Assembly: GCA_965153455.1 (NCBI GenBank) | Contig: OZ234493.1 | Location: forward strand, 20,512,213 to 20,576,212 | DNA from: Sphagnum compactum | Taxonomy: Eukaryota | Reading direction: 5' to 3' | Length of the DNA: 64,000 nucleotides | In this document: positions 48,727-62,750 of the stretch, piece by piece | Layout: each line of letters begins with the position of its first letter | Numbering within the stretch: the stretch's first letter is position 1 | The notes under the pieces: generated by a model | The model's database searches: none | The model's input: the letters and a program-made list of their open reading frames with translations, nothing else | What the model was told of the DNA's origin: nothing | Position numbers and translations under genes: made by a program

Positions 48727-51700
48727 TATTACTTTGGATGCTTGCTGATCAATTGTTTTGATCTCTAGACATTCTATGAAAACTACCACGTAGCAGGCCA
48801 GCACCACCCAGCAGGAATATAATAATACGAAATTATTAGAATTGTTGAAGTAATTTAAGATAAAATGCGCAACATGATTGATTGAAGAAGCATGCAATAA
48901 ACTCAATCCGCATAGCTATCCAGCAGTAAATTTGCCTTGGATCAAACACCAGGGGTTGGGGAGGGCAGGGGGGTTTGTAATAAACAACCCCAATCATCAG
49001 AAAACAGAAATTTGAAACTGGATGGATTAATTTCTCAATAGCTGTATCAATTAGTTCGTGCCCACTAATCTCATAAAAGCTTCATAATTAGCGTATGTCA
49101 CTATTTTCGCAATTAAAACACTAATGGTGGGGGAGGGGAGCGGTACTCAGCTTCAAGATGCAACTGAATCAGGTTAATCTTCACACTAAACCATGGTGTA
49201 GCCTATCATGACATGGAAATATGCGTACCCAATAGAAGAAGACATGGCAATGATTATTGTGTGATGATGACATAGAATGTTGGGGAGCGGAGACAGTCGC
49301 CAATCGCAGGAATTGTACCGTAAATGCTAACTTTGAATGTGGAATAAATTATGCCTCAAACTCCTCACATTCACTGTTGTGAAGTATCTGGCTCTAATGC
49401 AAGAATTGGCTCCATTCATGATATGTGTCCTTCACATTCAATGAGATCAAAGCTGGGATGGCCCACAGGCTCTAAAGAGCAACGGTTCCATAGGTGACCT
49501 TTGGGAGTGGCTGCAGAACAACTGTTATTAGAGAGCTTCTAGAGAGCTTAAAGGGTTTCATGTTTCATCATATGGGTGTCATGAAGTAAATTAAAGGAGC
49601 TCATCCAAAACAGAACACTAGAGTGGAAGAAGAATGTTGGGCCAATGTTGGGTACCATACCAATTTCCATGTACCCTAGACACCAGAGACCATTTGGATA
49701 GCAGTACCACCTACCTGGTCACAAAGGAAAGACATAGATGGATTGGTCATTCACAGCAAGGACACAAAATCCTGAACCCCTCTGCAACTTGAGAGGCATA
49801 CTGGCCTAAACTTCAGAAATTAATCCCTAAAGTCATGTTGAGTTTTTCATGCATAAATTGAATGTTAAGTATAATAAAATAACCATATGGATGTAAAGTC
49901 AGATAAGCCATGATGAGACACAAAAAATTCACCCCTATTGGATGTATAGCTAGTTAGGTGTATGCATGTACTAGTGATTGTATAGACAACTAATACATAT
50001 ATAAACCTAGCTAGCTATGCTCTTAGGTACCCAAAACACACTCCTCAAAGTTTGCAGGAGCCAAGAGTGCACACAGAGTAGATCGAATACATGGCAAACA
50101 AATGCCTGCCTGAAGTTAGAAGAATTATGTTCCACTCCAGGAAATTTTGTTTTATTTACGAATCTCCTTTGCCCCTACTCTACTGGCCAACTGTTGCAAA
50201 TCACATGGCATAGTTAAAAAGTTATGCATAAAAGATAAATCTTGTGAAAACGGTGCAAAAATAACCAACAAAAGTTTGTTCAAATTTGAACAGTAGCTGC
50301 AAACAGCTCCAAGGACAAACAAGTTAAAATCTTTTTTGATTATTTGGAACGGAGTCGCATAACATTCATGGACTTTATCCATAATTTTGACCTCATATCC
50401 TGAAGCATCATAGGATTCCCTTGGGCAATGGGTGGAGATTGTAAACAAGGTTGTCAAGTATACAGTCCCAAGAAAACCCCCAACAGTATATGTGCACATA
50501 GTTGTAATTGCAAGCAGCACAACAGTACTGCTTGCTTCTTTTTTCACTGACTGCCCCTTTGTCCATCGGGTCTGGTGGTGCGCAGACACATCTTGGTGGT
50601 GCCCATAGACACTTTGAGTCCTGTTATGCAGGTTTTGGGCATGCAATGCACAACCTAGTGGCCATTACAAGCCCAAACCATGCATAACATGCTTCCAAAG
50701 TGCCAAGGGCAAAACAAGGAGAAAAAAAGAAAAGCAGGCAGTACAAAAGTACAGCCCTGCAATCTGTGTGCACATATAATGTTGGGCCAAAACTTGCCCT
50801 GACTCCTTGAATCAAGAGCTTCCCAAAGTGGTGGAAAGGTTTGGCCTTCCTGATCTGATGAGGAATCTGCCTTTACTATTGAGGGGTCCATGTCCCCACC
50901 AAAATTGGGCTGCCCCTTAATATCCATAGCCTTCCCCTGCATGCCCAAGACATGAAGCTGCTAGACATGACACTGTGAGGGTTTGGGCAGTTTCTCCCAC
51001 CCTCCAGAATCCAAATGTCATGGTTTCAAGTTTCAAGTTTAAACCCAATTTTAAAAAGAGTTCTCAGTAACTGCATTCAACATTATAGCACTTTAAAATT
51101 GTAGAAATGGATGAAAATGTATGCCTCATCTTTTAGGTGTTAAAAGTAGACTGCATGTGATGGAACACTGGTTAAGTTTGACAGAATTGTTAGCACCAGA
51201 GGCAACTACATGAACTAACAACTTGTACTGGAAATTCTGCATGTTAAGCTTCATGGCAGATGGAAATTAAAAAAGAAAGTGAGAAAGAAGTGTCAGTAAG
51301 TGTTTTTGTGTGTGATTGAAGGGCGCCTTACTTAGAAGTTACAAGCAGCGTTGTCCGTGTCCAAGTTTTGGATCAATGTTGTCATTGATTTTTCTCTTGC
51401 AAATGGCCAATTGTACAACCAGCCTTTTGTTTTTGTGGTCAAAAAATGGACAAAGTTATCATATTTTGACGAAGAAAAGTTAAAATTTCCATATTTACAC
51501 CATAGCTTATTGCATGTTGCCAGTATATAGAGGGTTTTGAAAGGAATTGACTTTTCTCTCTGGTTGATCACCAGTCCACCGACCTCACAAAATGGAAAAA
51601 AAGAAACTTCAATTACAACCAATGTTGGGCACTCCTATACTTTTATGAAGAACCTTTGGTTCCAATTCTAAAGAATAAATTAAGAACTTAACTTTGGTTC

Positions 51701-51843
51701 TGGTATTGTTCTGGGTAACTCAGACTAAAAACAGTGTTTAATAACCTCCACTTAGCCCTCAATTCTATTTCTTTTGCTTCAATAACTTTTTTCTTTAAAA
51801 ATCCCAGTTCTGGTTCCACAAAGAAATAGAATCAAGAACCTAA

Positions 51844-52540
51844 GGGCCACTTTAGACAAGGGTCCAAAAAGCAGGGTTCAATGAAATTGAGTATTTCTAT
51901 TGGTTAAGAACTTCAAATTGGTCCCAAGGCTTTTAGACAAGGATCCAGGACCAAGACAAATCAAATTGTGATTCAACTTACAGGACATCATTTTGGAGGG
52001 AAAATCAATTGGTCCAGACAAAAAAAAATAGTTTAAATAAGAGCTCATGGTTTGCAGAACCAAAGTGTAACTTAGGGTCAAAGATTGCTCATTTCTTGGT
52101 TTTTTGTTTTTTTTCACTGTTTTTTTTTACCTTTGTTGTTCAAATTCTGTGAGAATAGAAGACATATTATGAATTGAGGACATTGTTAAGAACACACTAA
52201 TTCCCCTATTTTTTTATCAATTCTAGAGTTGACATGGATGATTTTGTGGATCCTCACAAGGTGATTACTAGAATGAGTGCATTTTCAGCCTTTTCAAGTG
52301 TGCAAAATGGAAGCAAAAACAGAAAATAGAAAAAACCAAAAGTTAATCTAATCCTCTTACATGTCAAATCACACATTTTTTATATTGGACCTTTGAATTG
52401 GACCCCACACTTTTAGACACATTCATAATACCTTAAGGAAAATTGTTTTTTTAATGTGAAGAAGGGTCCAATTCAAGGTCCAATTTGCTTCAAATTGGTC
52501 CCTGAGCTTTTGATCCCTAGACCCTTGTTTAAAGAGGCCC
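51844..52540. mobile_element. PIF/Harbinger (Tourist-like) MITE
   Basis: TIR GGGCCACTTTAGACAAGGGTC ... GACCCTTGTTTAAAGAGGCCC, flanked by TAA on both sides. Confidence 0.85.
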
Positions 52541-52651
52541 TAATTCTTAAAATAATCCAATTCCAATTTTGGTTCACAAAATTAAACCCGGGTTCGACCT
52601 ACTAACCAAATCCAAAATTGGTGATTCTTACTCACCAAACTAGGTACACAC

Positions 52652-53382
52652 TAGTGTTTTGCCAGGTACTTAGATTGCCGGGTACGAATCCACAATTGCG
52701 AATCCAGATATCTAGAACTTACCCAAACTGAGGTTCACTTTTGGGAACCGGGTAGAATTGGAACCAGAAGGTTTAATTGAGAGTCTAAAACCAGGGTGAG
52801 AACCAACCACCAGTTCTAAAAGGTTTAAAACTGAACCTGGATCTGTGGTCAAATTCCAAATTGTGATTTTAATCAAAACTAGATTGGGTTTTTGATTTTT
52901 TGAAAAATTGGTTCCGAAATCACGATTTACTTGCGAGCTCACAAATGTGCAATATTTTATTTTCTTTCACCTATGTGAATAAAAAAAAGTTCATTTGCAA
53001 GCCTGCAAATACATAATATCATATTCTTGTGTGAGTTGAAAAAATCACTTACAAGCTTGCAAATATGCAATATCATTTAGGGTTTCACTTGTGTGAATGT
53101 CAAATTTGAAAATTTCTAAGGTCTTGGATTGTTTTGCATAATTGGGACCCAAACCGAAGGTTACCCAAAACCAAAGGTTATAAACCGATATTCAAAACTG
53201 ATCCAATCTAACTAAGTTCTAAAACCGAGACTTGAAACCACCCTAAACAAAAATTTGAAACCAAGTTCCAATTCCTTAAAAAAAAGAACAGGAATTGGAT
53301 GGAAACCAATCCCTTGAAATTGGTAAGAACTAAGAACCAGAACCCACTATTGTTCTTAGAACCTAGGAACCGGCCAACACTG
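52652..53382. mobile_element. hAT-like MITE rich in GAACC/GGTTC subterminal motifs
   Basis: TAGTGTTTTGCCAG...CGGCCAACACTG ends, similar in style to the element at 11315-11853. No clear TSD. Confidence 0.5.
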
Positions 53383-54536
53383 GTATGCACCCAACAATGC
53401 TTACAACTTACAACCAAGCAGATCGAGAGAACTCCATGGATGAGAACCACAACATTCATGTTGGAACTGGACTCTAAACTTCTATGTACTGACCTGTGGC
53501 CCTGATCTGCAGTACCATTACTTAATGACAAACGTCCAGGTGTAGTAACACAGTTCCAGTAAAGAGTTGCTGAAGATCTTCACACGCTAGAAAAGCTCAT
53601 AGTAGTGGCGCCATGCCAGTGTACTGGGGGCCAGAGGCAAAGGAAGGCTCTTCCTTAAAGTTTAGATTGAGTGGAAGGGGAAGATGTTTACGTAATTAAT
53701 AAAAAGCTATCAGGGAAGTGGCAATTAAGGCTTCTTTATCGCATGCTTATCTCGGGGGCCGCGATCTGCGCTTGCGCTAGTAGTTGAAGTCCCGCAAACC
53801 GCTGAAAGACACAACCGACAACACACGCCTACTACAACACTTGGATGTTCACTCTTAGCTTGGATACCAGACCCCCAGTTTCGCCAAGACTGGGGGTGAA
53901 ATGAGAAGTCAGGATGAAAATAGTACACAGGAGGAAACAAATAGGGGATTGAACTAATTCTGTCACCTCAATTTTGGCCCTCAATAGAGTTTCACCCACC
54001 GCGTTTTTTTATTTGCCTTACCAGCACCTTGACTACTACTGTCAGATTTCTTCATTTAAATCAAAGCCTTGTCAAAAATAAGATCCTGGAAATCTTCTAA
54101 AACTGATACCCAGTTTCATGAACAGATACTCAATTTTGCTCACATTACGCATACACTGAAATTGAGGATGAAACAGGGGTTTAGAGGGTCAAACCAGGGC
54201 CAAAAGACAAAGTGACTTTACGTATTATAACTCTTTGAAATCAAAATTGGTTCTATTGGGTCTTGAGACTTAAAAATGGAAGTGCAGATGGTTCTTGAAC
54301 TTGTGTTCCTCGAGTTCAAATCTCGGTCCAACATCATGGATAATGTGATCTGTGTACATTGGAACCCCATTATGACTCAGTTGTCGATGAACAACAACTG
54401 AGTTACCTCGGTTCCACCTTGGGTAACCTATCCGGTAGACCCTCCTACTTCCACATCACACATATACCTAGGTGCGTACCATAAGTAAGAGCGAAGTGAA
54501 CGGAGGTGGTTAGTGGTTACTATGTCCATAAGTTGG

Positions 54537-54690
54537 GAAGGTAAGGGCACTTGGTGACTATTAGATACATGTGGATGGATAGTAGTTAGTACATAGCTAA
54601 CCACTATTTCCATAAGTGGGAAGGAAGGTAAGGCACTTGGTGACTACTAGATACATGTGGATGGATAGTAGTTAGTACATATCTAACTAT
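54537..54690. repeat. Tandem duplication (~88-bp period) inside the dispersed repeat
   Basis: gaaggtaagg(g)cacttggtgacta..tagatacatgtggatggatagtagttagtacata.ctaac occurs twice. Confidence 0.88.
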
Positions 54691-57600
54691 TGTGGTTAGC
54701 TATAGGACAAGGATACAATGAAAAGTGTTTCCTATCCACATACCTTCCATCCTTCATGGTGTGCTTGTTCAGTCTGGCCCAACATTGTGTTTCAACTGCT
54801 TCAAACATCTCCATGTTGCACACACTTGAAGGTAGCCTGAAAACAGCACCCACATTAATCAGTGCTATGGAAACCATTTGTAAAGAATAATACCACTGTT
54901 TTCTTTTTTTTCATCTGCCACCCAATTTTATTATGTTCCACACCATTTTGCCCATAAACATGGGCAAGCTCAAACTTCAAGCTCACCAAGTGACAATCAC
55001 CAGTTTCAAATTTGTTCCTTTGATGTATCATTCCAGTAAGTAAACAGTTAGCCTCCCAATTTGATGCCTTCACTGCATAGTCATGTTAATAATGGGCACC
55101 ATATCTCATTTTGGATCTTGTGGTGGAAATTTATTTTTAAGACCCGTGCTAGATTTAAAATAATGTAGTAGGTAATCTAGAAGAATTGGATATAATTGTT
55201 TAGTTGAAGCTTTCCCATTTTGTTTTACTCTATGGAACAATGGTGATCAGATGATAGTGGTTATGAAACTTGCAAGTTTTCCACTATTAGCTTCCCGTTG
55301 TGTTTTTATTGGCCACATTTCATGGCCAATATGCACCACCTAAATGAAATCTAGTAGGTGATTAATCTTCTTTCAAAACTATGTTTACCCAAAAAAAATG
55401 AATTGACAAAGCACATGTTAATTTGACTTCTCACCCACCCCATAAAAAGCACCCTCAAAATCCAGTTGCAATTGTTTAAATCATAGCATTCACCAGACAC
55501 CTGAAAAGAAATCAAGTTTGTTTTCATTTTTGATTCGGAAGTTGTCCTTCATTACTTGTTGGCCAACATGTCTTCACAAAATCCCTAATTTAAAGAAATA
55601 TATTAATTGTGCAATGTTGAGAAAACTAACATAATCAATTGTTGTTCACATATTGACACAACATATTTCAATTCTATGGTAGTATATTATTCTTTCTATT
55701 AATTAGTTCATGAATGTACTCACAATTTTTATTTTAAAAGAGCCACGTTGATTGGCCCATCATCAACTTTTCTAGAACTGGGGCAGTTCCCAATAGAAGC
55801 ACCACTTTGGATTCCCACTCCTCAAAATAGAAGCCCTTCCATGTGACCACTTCATACATATACACGCGAGTTGAATTGTGCCCAAACAATATGGGACAAA
55901 TAGAGATGCTTGGGGAAGAGAAGGACTAAGGAGGACTAGGAAAGAAAACTATGGTTCCCTTCACTAATGTAGTAATGAGGTGGTTGCATGCTTCACCTTC
56001 TCTAATGGGAAGGAATCCAAAAATCCTCAGAGGCTTTCTCTCTCCCCCCTGCCTTTTTCCAAAAGACTAAAATATTAGCCCTTCCAACTTCATGTTCATA
56101 AATTTCTATTCTTGACATTATTTGTGACCATTTTTTACTTGGGCTAATAGGAAGAGCCAAGAATATGGGTGTATATTTGGGTGCATTGTTCTGATAAGTG
56201 GCTTCATTGATTCACATCATTGGTTGTCCCCTTACATAAATATGTCTAAAAATTTTTGCACATTCCCTACAGAGAAGGATGCAAGCCCCAAACACTCCCA
56301 AATCAAAGATTACAGCTTTGTTTGCCCTAAAGATGGCGTTTTTAATATAGTTGTTGTTTTTTTTTTTTTTTTTTGGTGTTGATATTTTGGAGATAAACGA
56401 TCACTTCTACCAAAGCTTGACTCTATCCATTATGATTTTTTTGGGGTTTTTTTTTTTTTTGAAAATAGATGATCTTAACCTTACTTTTTATTATTTTTCT
56501 TCATTTTATTTTTTCATTGGTTCTACAAAGCCTTTCAGTTTTGCCCAAATTCGTAGGTCAAAAGACGAAATGTTTGAGCAGAGTATTATGGGATAAAAGG
56601 TGGGGCTATTGCCAACAATATGGAAAGCACACTTCAATTAAAGGAACATCTTGCATAAGGAGAAACACATGTGGTAAAACATCAAAGCACTCTGCCTATG
56701 AATTGCATGCCTAAAACTTAAGTTATCCAAGGAATAAATTTACAAACTTTTCTTGACTTCAATTTTTCTAGTTCAAAAAGTGGCCGTTTCTGAGCATGTT
56801 TGCCATCACTCACTTGCCACCTCAAAAAATTTATCTTCCCCTAGGGCATGTTGTACTCATAGTGTTTCCACCACCATAGTCACAATCAAGGTACCCCGCT
56901 GGAACCATGATTAATGTCTTTGCAATCCTAAAAATGGAATAAAATCAATTTATGCTAGTTTAAGTTGTGTGTGACACATGCAACTTCATTTACATGCACT
57001 TAAAACATTTCAATCTATTTTTTTTAATTTACATTTATCACTAGTTTACATTTAGATGTTTGATATGTGCCATACAACACTTTAAATAATGTTCATTTAG
57101 TAGTCCTTATGCTTGTAATTGACAACTTTTAAAATTTGAATTTTTTGAACACTTTATTAAGAATTTGTAAATTTTAGATGGTATAATGTTCATGGCATTT
57201 AATATCTAACAACAATGTTTGTTTATGATTTAAATTTGGTGCAATTTAACATTATTTTATTAGTTCTATTGATTCATATATTTTATTGTAAGATTAAATT
57301 TTTCTTTTCAAGAATCTTTAGAACATTAAATTGTGCACCAAATTTTAAATACTTAAATATTCTTGTATTTATTGCAACTTACAAAACTTGTTGGTCATTC
57401 CATGCTAAAGTTATCCTCTAAAGGAGAACATAATTCATATTGATTTTTTTGAATTGGAGTCCTTTTGCAATATGAAGTTTCCTTTAAGTGCCTTGATTTT
57501 GATTAAATCCCTCCTTCATTATAGCCCAAACAATAGAAAAATGATCTTAAAATCATTTTGCTCATTTTTTGTTTTCTATGTAGACAAATGCACTAGGTGA

Positions 57601-57914
57601 AGTTGTAGAGGACAAAGTAAAGTTATTTCACTACAAAGAATCATGTCTATACCAAGTCATGTGTTTGTGACTTGTGTACAAATCAAAAAAAAAAACTATT
57701 GTTTAATTGTCCTCTATGGCACATATTAAAAACTATTTATAGTTGCATATACAATTACAAAATGATTTTAAGTTGTATATGTTACTATGATTGTGACTAA
57801 TGTTGGTTTGGACAAAAATGAAGATGAAAAGTGTATTCATATCATTAACAATTGGTGACAACCAACAATATAGATGAAAACTATAGAGGCATGTGCATTT
57901 ACAACTAAAACATA

Positions 57915-58325
57915 GCCCCTAAATGCTTTAGCTGCCCTAAAGAACCCTTAGATGTCCTAGGTAGCCTAGGCAAGCCTTAGATAACCTTTAGGCACCCTAG
58001 ATAACCTAAATAACCCCTAGGTAGGCCTTTAGATACCCTAGTTAGTTTAAGAAACCCCTAGGTAACCCATGTAACCTAGGCAACCCCTAGTATGTTAATA
58101 AATACTTTAATTAATTTAGGCATCCCCTAAATGAACCTTTAGGAACCCTAGTTAATCTAAGTAGCTCCTAGGTACCCCACATAACTTAAACAACCCTCTT
58201 GTAACCCCTAGGTAGCTTAACAACCCTTAGCTTATCTTTAAATAACTTACTTGTAATATTAGGTAAGCCTTTAATTAATCTTTAAATAACATAAGGTAGG
58301 CTGAATAAATCATTTAGGTAGGTTA
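57915..58325. repeat. Degenerate ~10-bp minisatellite (CCCTAGGTAA-like)
   Basis: Dozens of variants such as ccctaggtaa, ccttagataa and cccctaggta. Confidence 0.8.
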
Positions 58326-60479
58326 GTAAAAATGTTTATTAATATGTGATTCCATTTCATATTAAGTAATAAAAAGTTACTGCAATGGTAAGTATTTTGC
58401 CTTTCAATGTAAAGGTGAAGGGATCAAATCAAATGCAATTGCACTAATACATACCATTAGCAATTGTAACCATTATTTAAATTTGTGTACTTCAAATTGT
58501 AAAAACAATAATAATTACAAATGAATTTGTTTTTATACAATGTTATTTTCAACATTTTGGTATACATATCCCAAAAAAATAAATTCAATCTAATGAATTA
58601 AAAAATACATAAAAATAATTCTATGTTATGTAATAGGTGTTTTTTAAATGGCAATTATGTAATAAAAACACAAAAAACACAATTTGAATTTTTTGAAATG
58701 ACATATTTTTGGAAATTTTTTAATATAAAACTTAACATTATAATGCCAACAAAACTTGGGCTCCGCGCTGCTTCACATTACTAGTGATGATAAATAAATA
58801 ATTTAAAAATTAATTAATTATTGAATTTGAATAATACATTATCATATATATTGTCCATGAAATTATTTCAATTTCCATTGATTTTGAAAAATATCATATT
58901 TAATTTCACCTATTAAAACTTTAATATTTCTAACACCCATGATGTATAAGTTCAATTTTTAATTGTTCTTGTTGCTTTTTGGGCTTATTCACGGTTGTGG
59001 TTCCAAAAAAGAAAAAAAACAAGGATTCAAGGATTTTTGTGGGGCTACTTTTTGCAAATAACATTTACTTGAAACAAATTTAAGTGAGAAAATTTGAATA
59101 ATTCAATTTAAGATAATTCATGTGGTGGTGATGAGTTTTCACATTCATACATAATTGCGTATGAATATTTTGGTGTATAGCCAGAAATACAGAAATTCCC
59201 AAACATTCCAAAAATGAGTTTCAATGGATAACCAAACATGTTTTTTGGCAAGATTTTTTCTTACACATGTGACCTGCATTTCAAACTAAACATTTTGAAT
59301 GCATTGAGCACAATTTTTTATCAAATGGTTAAAAACAAAATCCTTTTCCATGCAACCCTTTCCTTCAAAATTTAAAAACTTTGAATTTTTGTATAATTTG
59401 GTTTTTCATCAAGTTCATATAATGAACATATGTTTTCATAGAAAGGGGCATGTTTTTGTTGTACAAAAATTTTGAAATCAATTGTATGATTTTACGCATT
59501 CCTTTTGATTCCTTTTTTTAAAAGTATAGTTTAAACATTTGATATAGTTAGTATACATGACTCAAAATGACATTTACATAGTATCCAAATTATTTTTAAA
59601 TATTTTTATTAATTTAAAAAGACATCATTTTATCTATTGGCATACAATAATTCACTACAACTATAATAATGTAAAATAAACAAAAATCCAAAGTTGTCCT
59701 TTGCTGTCTTTTAAATACAAGTCATTCCTTTTGGGGACCCCAATTGTGAATACACCCTTCATGATAACATTATAAGAGGGATTCCCTTTGATGGTAGTTG
59801 ACTTCAGGGAGAGGCTGAAAAACTTCAAAAGTTCTAAACAGCCCCTTGAAGCCTAAACCATTTAAGCCTCTCCTTTGGAAAATAAAGGGCAAGTAAACAA
59901 AGAGACTCCATGTTGTAGGCTACAACAAAATTCATATTCATTCATGATCCTTTCATATTCATTCATGGTCACAAAATGATATGGTCATGTAAATAAGTTG
60001 TTAGCTTTCAACCCTCTCCTTTGGTGCTTAAATGTTCATCCCCCTTAGATATGTCCATTATTGGCAGAACTAATTGGTACCCACATCACAACGCATCTGG
60101 TGAACATACACACACATAGCTACAAGAATTTTTAAAACTATTGGGAGTGGGGGGTGTGGATTTTGAACTTTCTAAAAGTAATTTTATTTGTTAGAAGAAT
60201 CTACACAAATTAGGTCCATGATGGGAAAAACAACATACTTCACAATATGGAGTAGGTAATCCAACATGGTATATATGAGACTTTCACCTTTTAAACATCA
60301 ACACTATGTTATATACATAACCACAATAGTGTGAATCAACACAAAATACAAATAATCCATTCTTGTAGTGACCCCAACTCCAAGGGTTTAGTAGTGGCAG
60401 GCCGGGTATGGAATATCAAAATTTCACTAATATAGGCTACTAGAATAAGAATGCCCTTATTCACAAATGTAGTTTTACA

Positions 60480-62750
60480 TCTTGTTATACAAAAATCAAT
60501 GATTGGACAAACCATCCAATAAGGAAAGCTTCAAACAACTACAAGATAGATTCGTTATTCTTGTGGAAACATTATATCTATTCATCAGAAACTCGGATAT
60601 GTACTCAAGGTTCAAATACCTGTTTTTTGTCCAATGCAAATCTATTAGCACCCACTTGGATTTGGACAATGACAAAGGTACCCAACAAACTTTCCCATTC
60701 ATTAGTGAACAACAAAATTCCACCATTAATGAATGTTTGTTGTTTTCATATGAGGAGGCACCCACTTGTGAAGATTTTGCTTCCAGATTCTTTTATGATT
60801 GCTCTGCACACATGCTCTAGATTGATGAACGCACTTGTTAGCTTGATGGAGCACACAAAAAAGTTTCTTTGTGGGGTTTCCAATCCCTTGGGAGTCAAGG
60901 TTTATCGTCTTTCTATAACAGAAAATTCCCACCATTTTATTGAACCCTTTTTTGACTTGATGAAGTGTTCATTGGGATCAATGTAGTTCTTTCATGGAGT
61001 CAAGGTTTTCAACTTAAGCCTTTTCAGAATGTTAATAGGTTAGCAAGATATCCCTATGTTTTTAGTGGAATATTTGCTACAAGTGAATGACAAGATGTCT
61101 CCAACAACCTTGTGAAGCTTTGTGAGATTTTGAATCTAGACAACAAAAAGCTTGATTATAATTGTATGCATGGAAACAAATAAGTTTAGTGAAAGTTCCT
61201 TGTTTTGGTGTTGGTTATGTGGAACACAAAACACATTGTGATGTGTTTCAGTGACCCCATGCATGGAAGCACCATCAAGGCCGCATCAAGTTTGAAGACT
61301 CAAAGATCTAATGCCATCCTAGTGAACTTAGCAATCTTAACACCCTTTTCCATATTGTGATGTGTGGATGAAGCTTGCTTGGTTTATTGGGGCTATTTTT
61401 GAACAAACTCATGGATATATTTCTTTCCACAAAATGCTGATAACCAAACTCATACTCATGTACATTCATTAAAGTAAAATACCATAGTGCATGCACAATT
61501 GTGTATTAGTGACATTTTCTTTGTGTGTGATTTCCAAACTTATAATGTGCATGTCAAGGTCTGTATGTTTAGTTTCTAACATCTTAATGAAAGCCTCGAT
61601 ATGTGCAATAATCATATCATTTGAACACATTTGTTGCCGTGCTCCAGGATCCTTGTAACTAGATATTCAAAAGGATTACTGAGAATCAACATTTACCCAT
61701 CAATTACTCAAACCGCATATAACAAAAGCTCCATCACACTTATAATGAATGTAACTATAGACACAAATGTGCAATTGTTGCCACCACCATCTGATGTCAA
61801 TGTGACAAAAGAGCACAATTCTTCTATAATTCATTTGCAAGGAATAAGTTAGTTCCTTGTGTCAAATCTTTCTTAATCCCACAAATTGGTCTCCATAACA
61901 GTTGTGGGGCAAAGCATCATTTGTATGGTCTCAATGTGGGAGGCAAGTCCTCTTTAAATTAGTAGCTTATAAGTCTATTTTTGTGAAATCCCTATGGTCA
62001 CTTTGTCTACATAGGATTGTTTGCTTCAAAAAAAAAAAGACTCCAAAACTATGCATAGTTAAACCATGTAAAAGCAAAAACCACTTGCAAACTGCACTTG
62101 TTCATCCCATGTTATAACCTGCAGATGATAGTAGATGGAATTTCCTTCATGAACATTCAATAATATGTGATTATGCATGACCTCTGTGAAATTTTGCAAC
62201 TTGGGTCTATCAAAACTTAAGTAGAGTTAGGGAAATCTATGAGTATGACTAGAACCAGTACTTTTGATAATGGTTTTGAATGAGTTTTGTCCTCCCTCAA
62301 CTTAAGATTCCGTGTAACGTGACCTAGAATTTGCACCATCCACACTTGATTCTTCTTTCAAGACTGCTTCAACGACATCCTCTTCCTTGGCAACAAAATG
62401 CATGATTAGAAATTGCTTTTGAAACTCTTACATGATTTCAAACCCCAAATGCCACAACTTGAGTTCACACATAGTCTGACCATGAATCTTAACCATCCAT
62501 GGGTGCATTATCCTCCAAAGTAGTTTTCACCACTAAGTCCTCTTGGGGAGCCAACAAAAGCTCAAAATTGGCTTCTAAACCTTTTACAAAAGTTACCCTA
62601 GAGAACAAATTTACCTACACCACATGAGTTGTTCCAAAATCGTTCAAACCAATATTTGCATCATCTGCACACACTACTTCAACTATTCTATAACCTTTCA
62701 AATATATTTCTAAATCTTTTAAACCAACCACTTCTACTGATTGAGAACGT
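60480..62750 (-). mobile_element. Highly decayed TE-like coding relic, Cys-rich, possibly with protease motifs
   Basis: Broken minus-strand frames contain DGGGNNCTFVSI, WYFTLMNV and DGAS(C)-like segments plus Cys clusters. No intact ORF. Confidence 0.3.

Noticed and set aside
58378-58432. tRNA-like A/B-box sequence (gcaatggtaag...gggatcaaatc)
   Set aside because: No complete cloverleaf or acceptor stem; at most a decayed tRNA/SINE-derived fragment.
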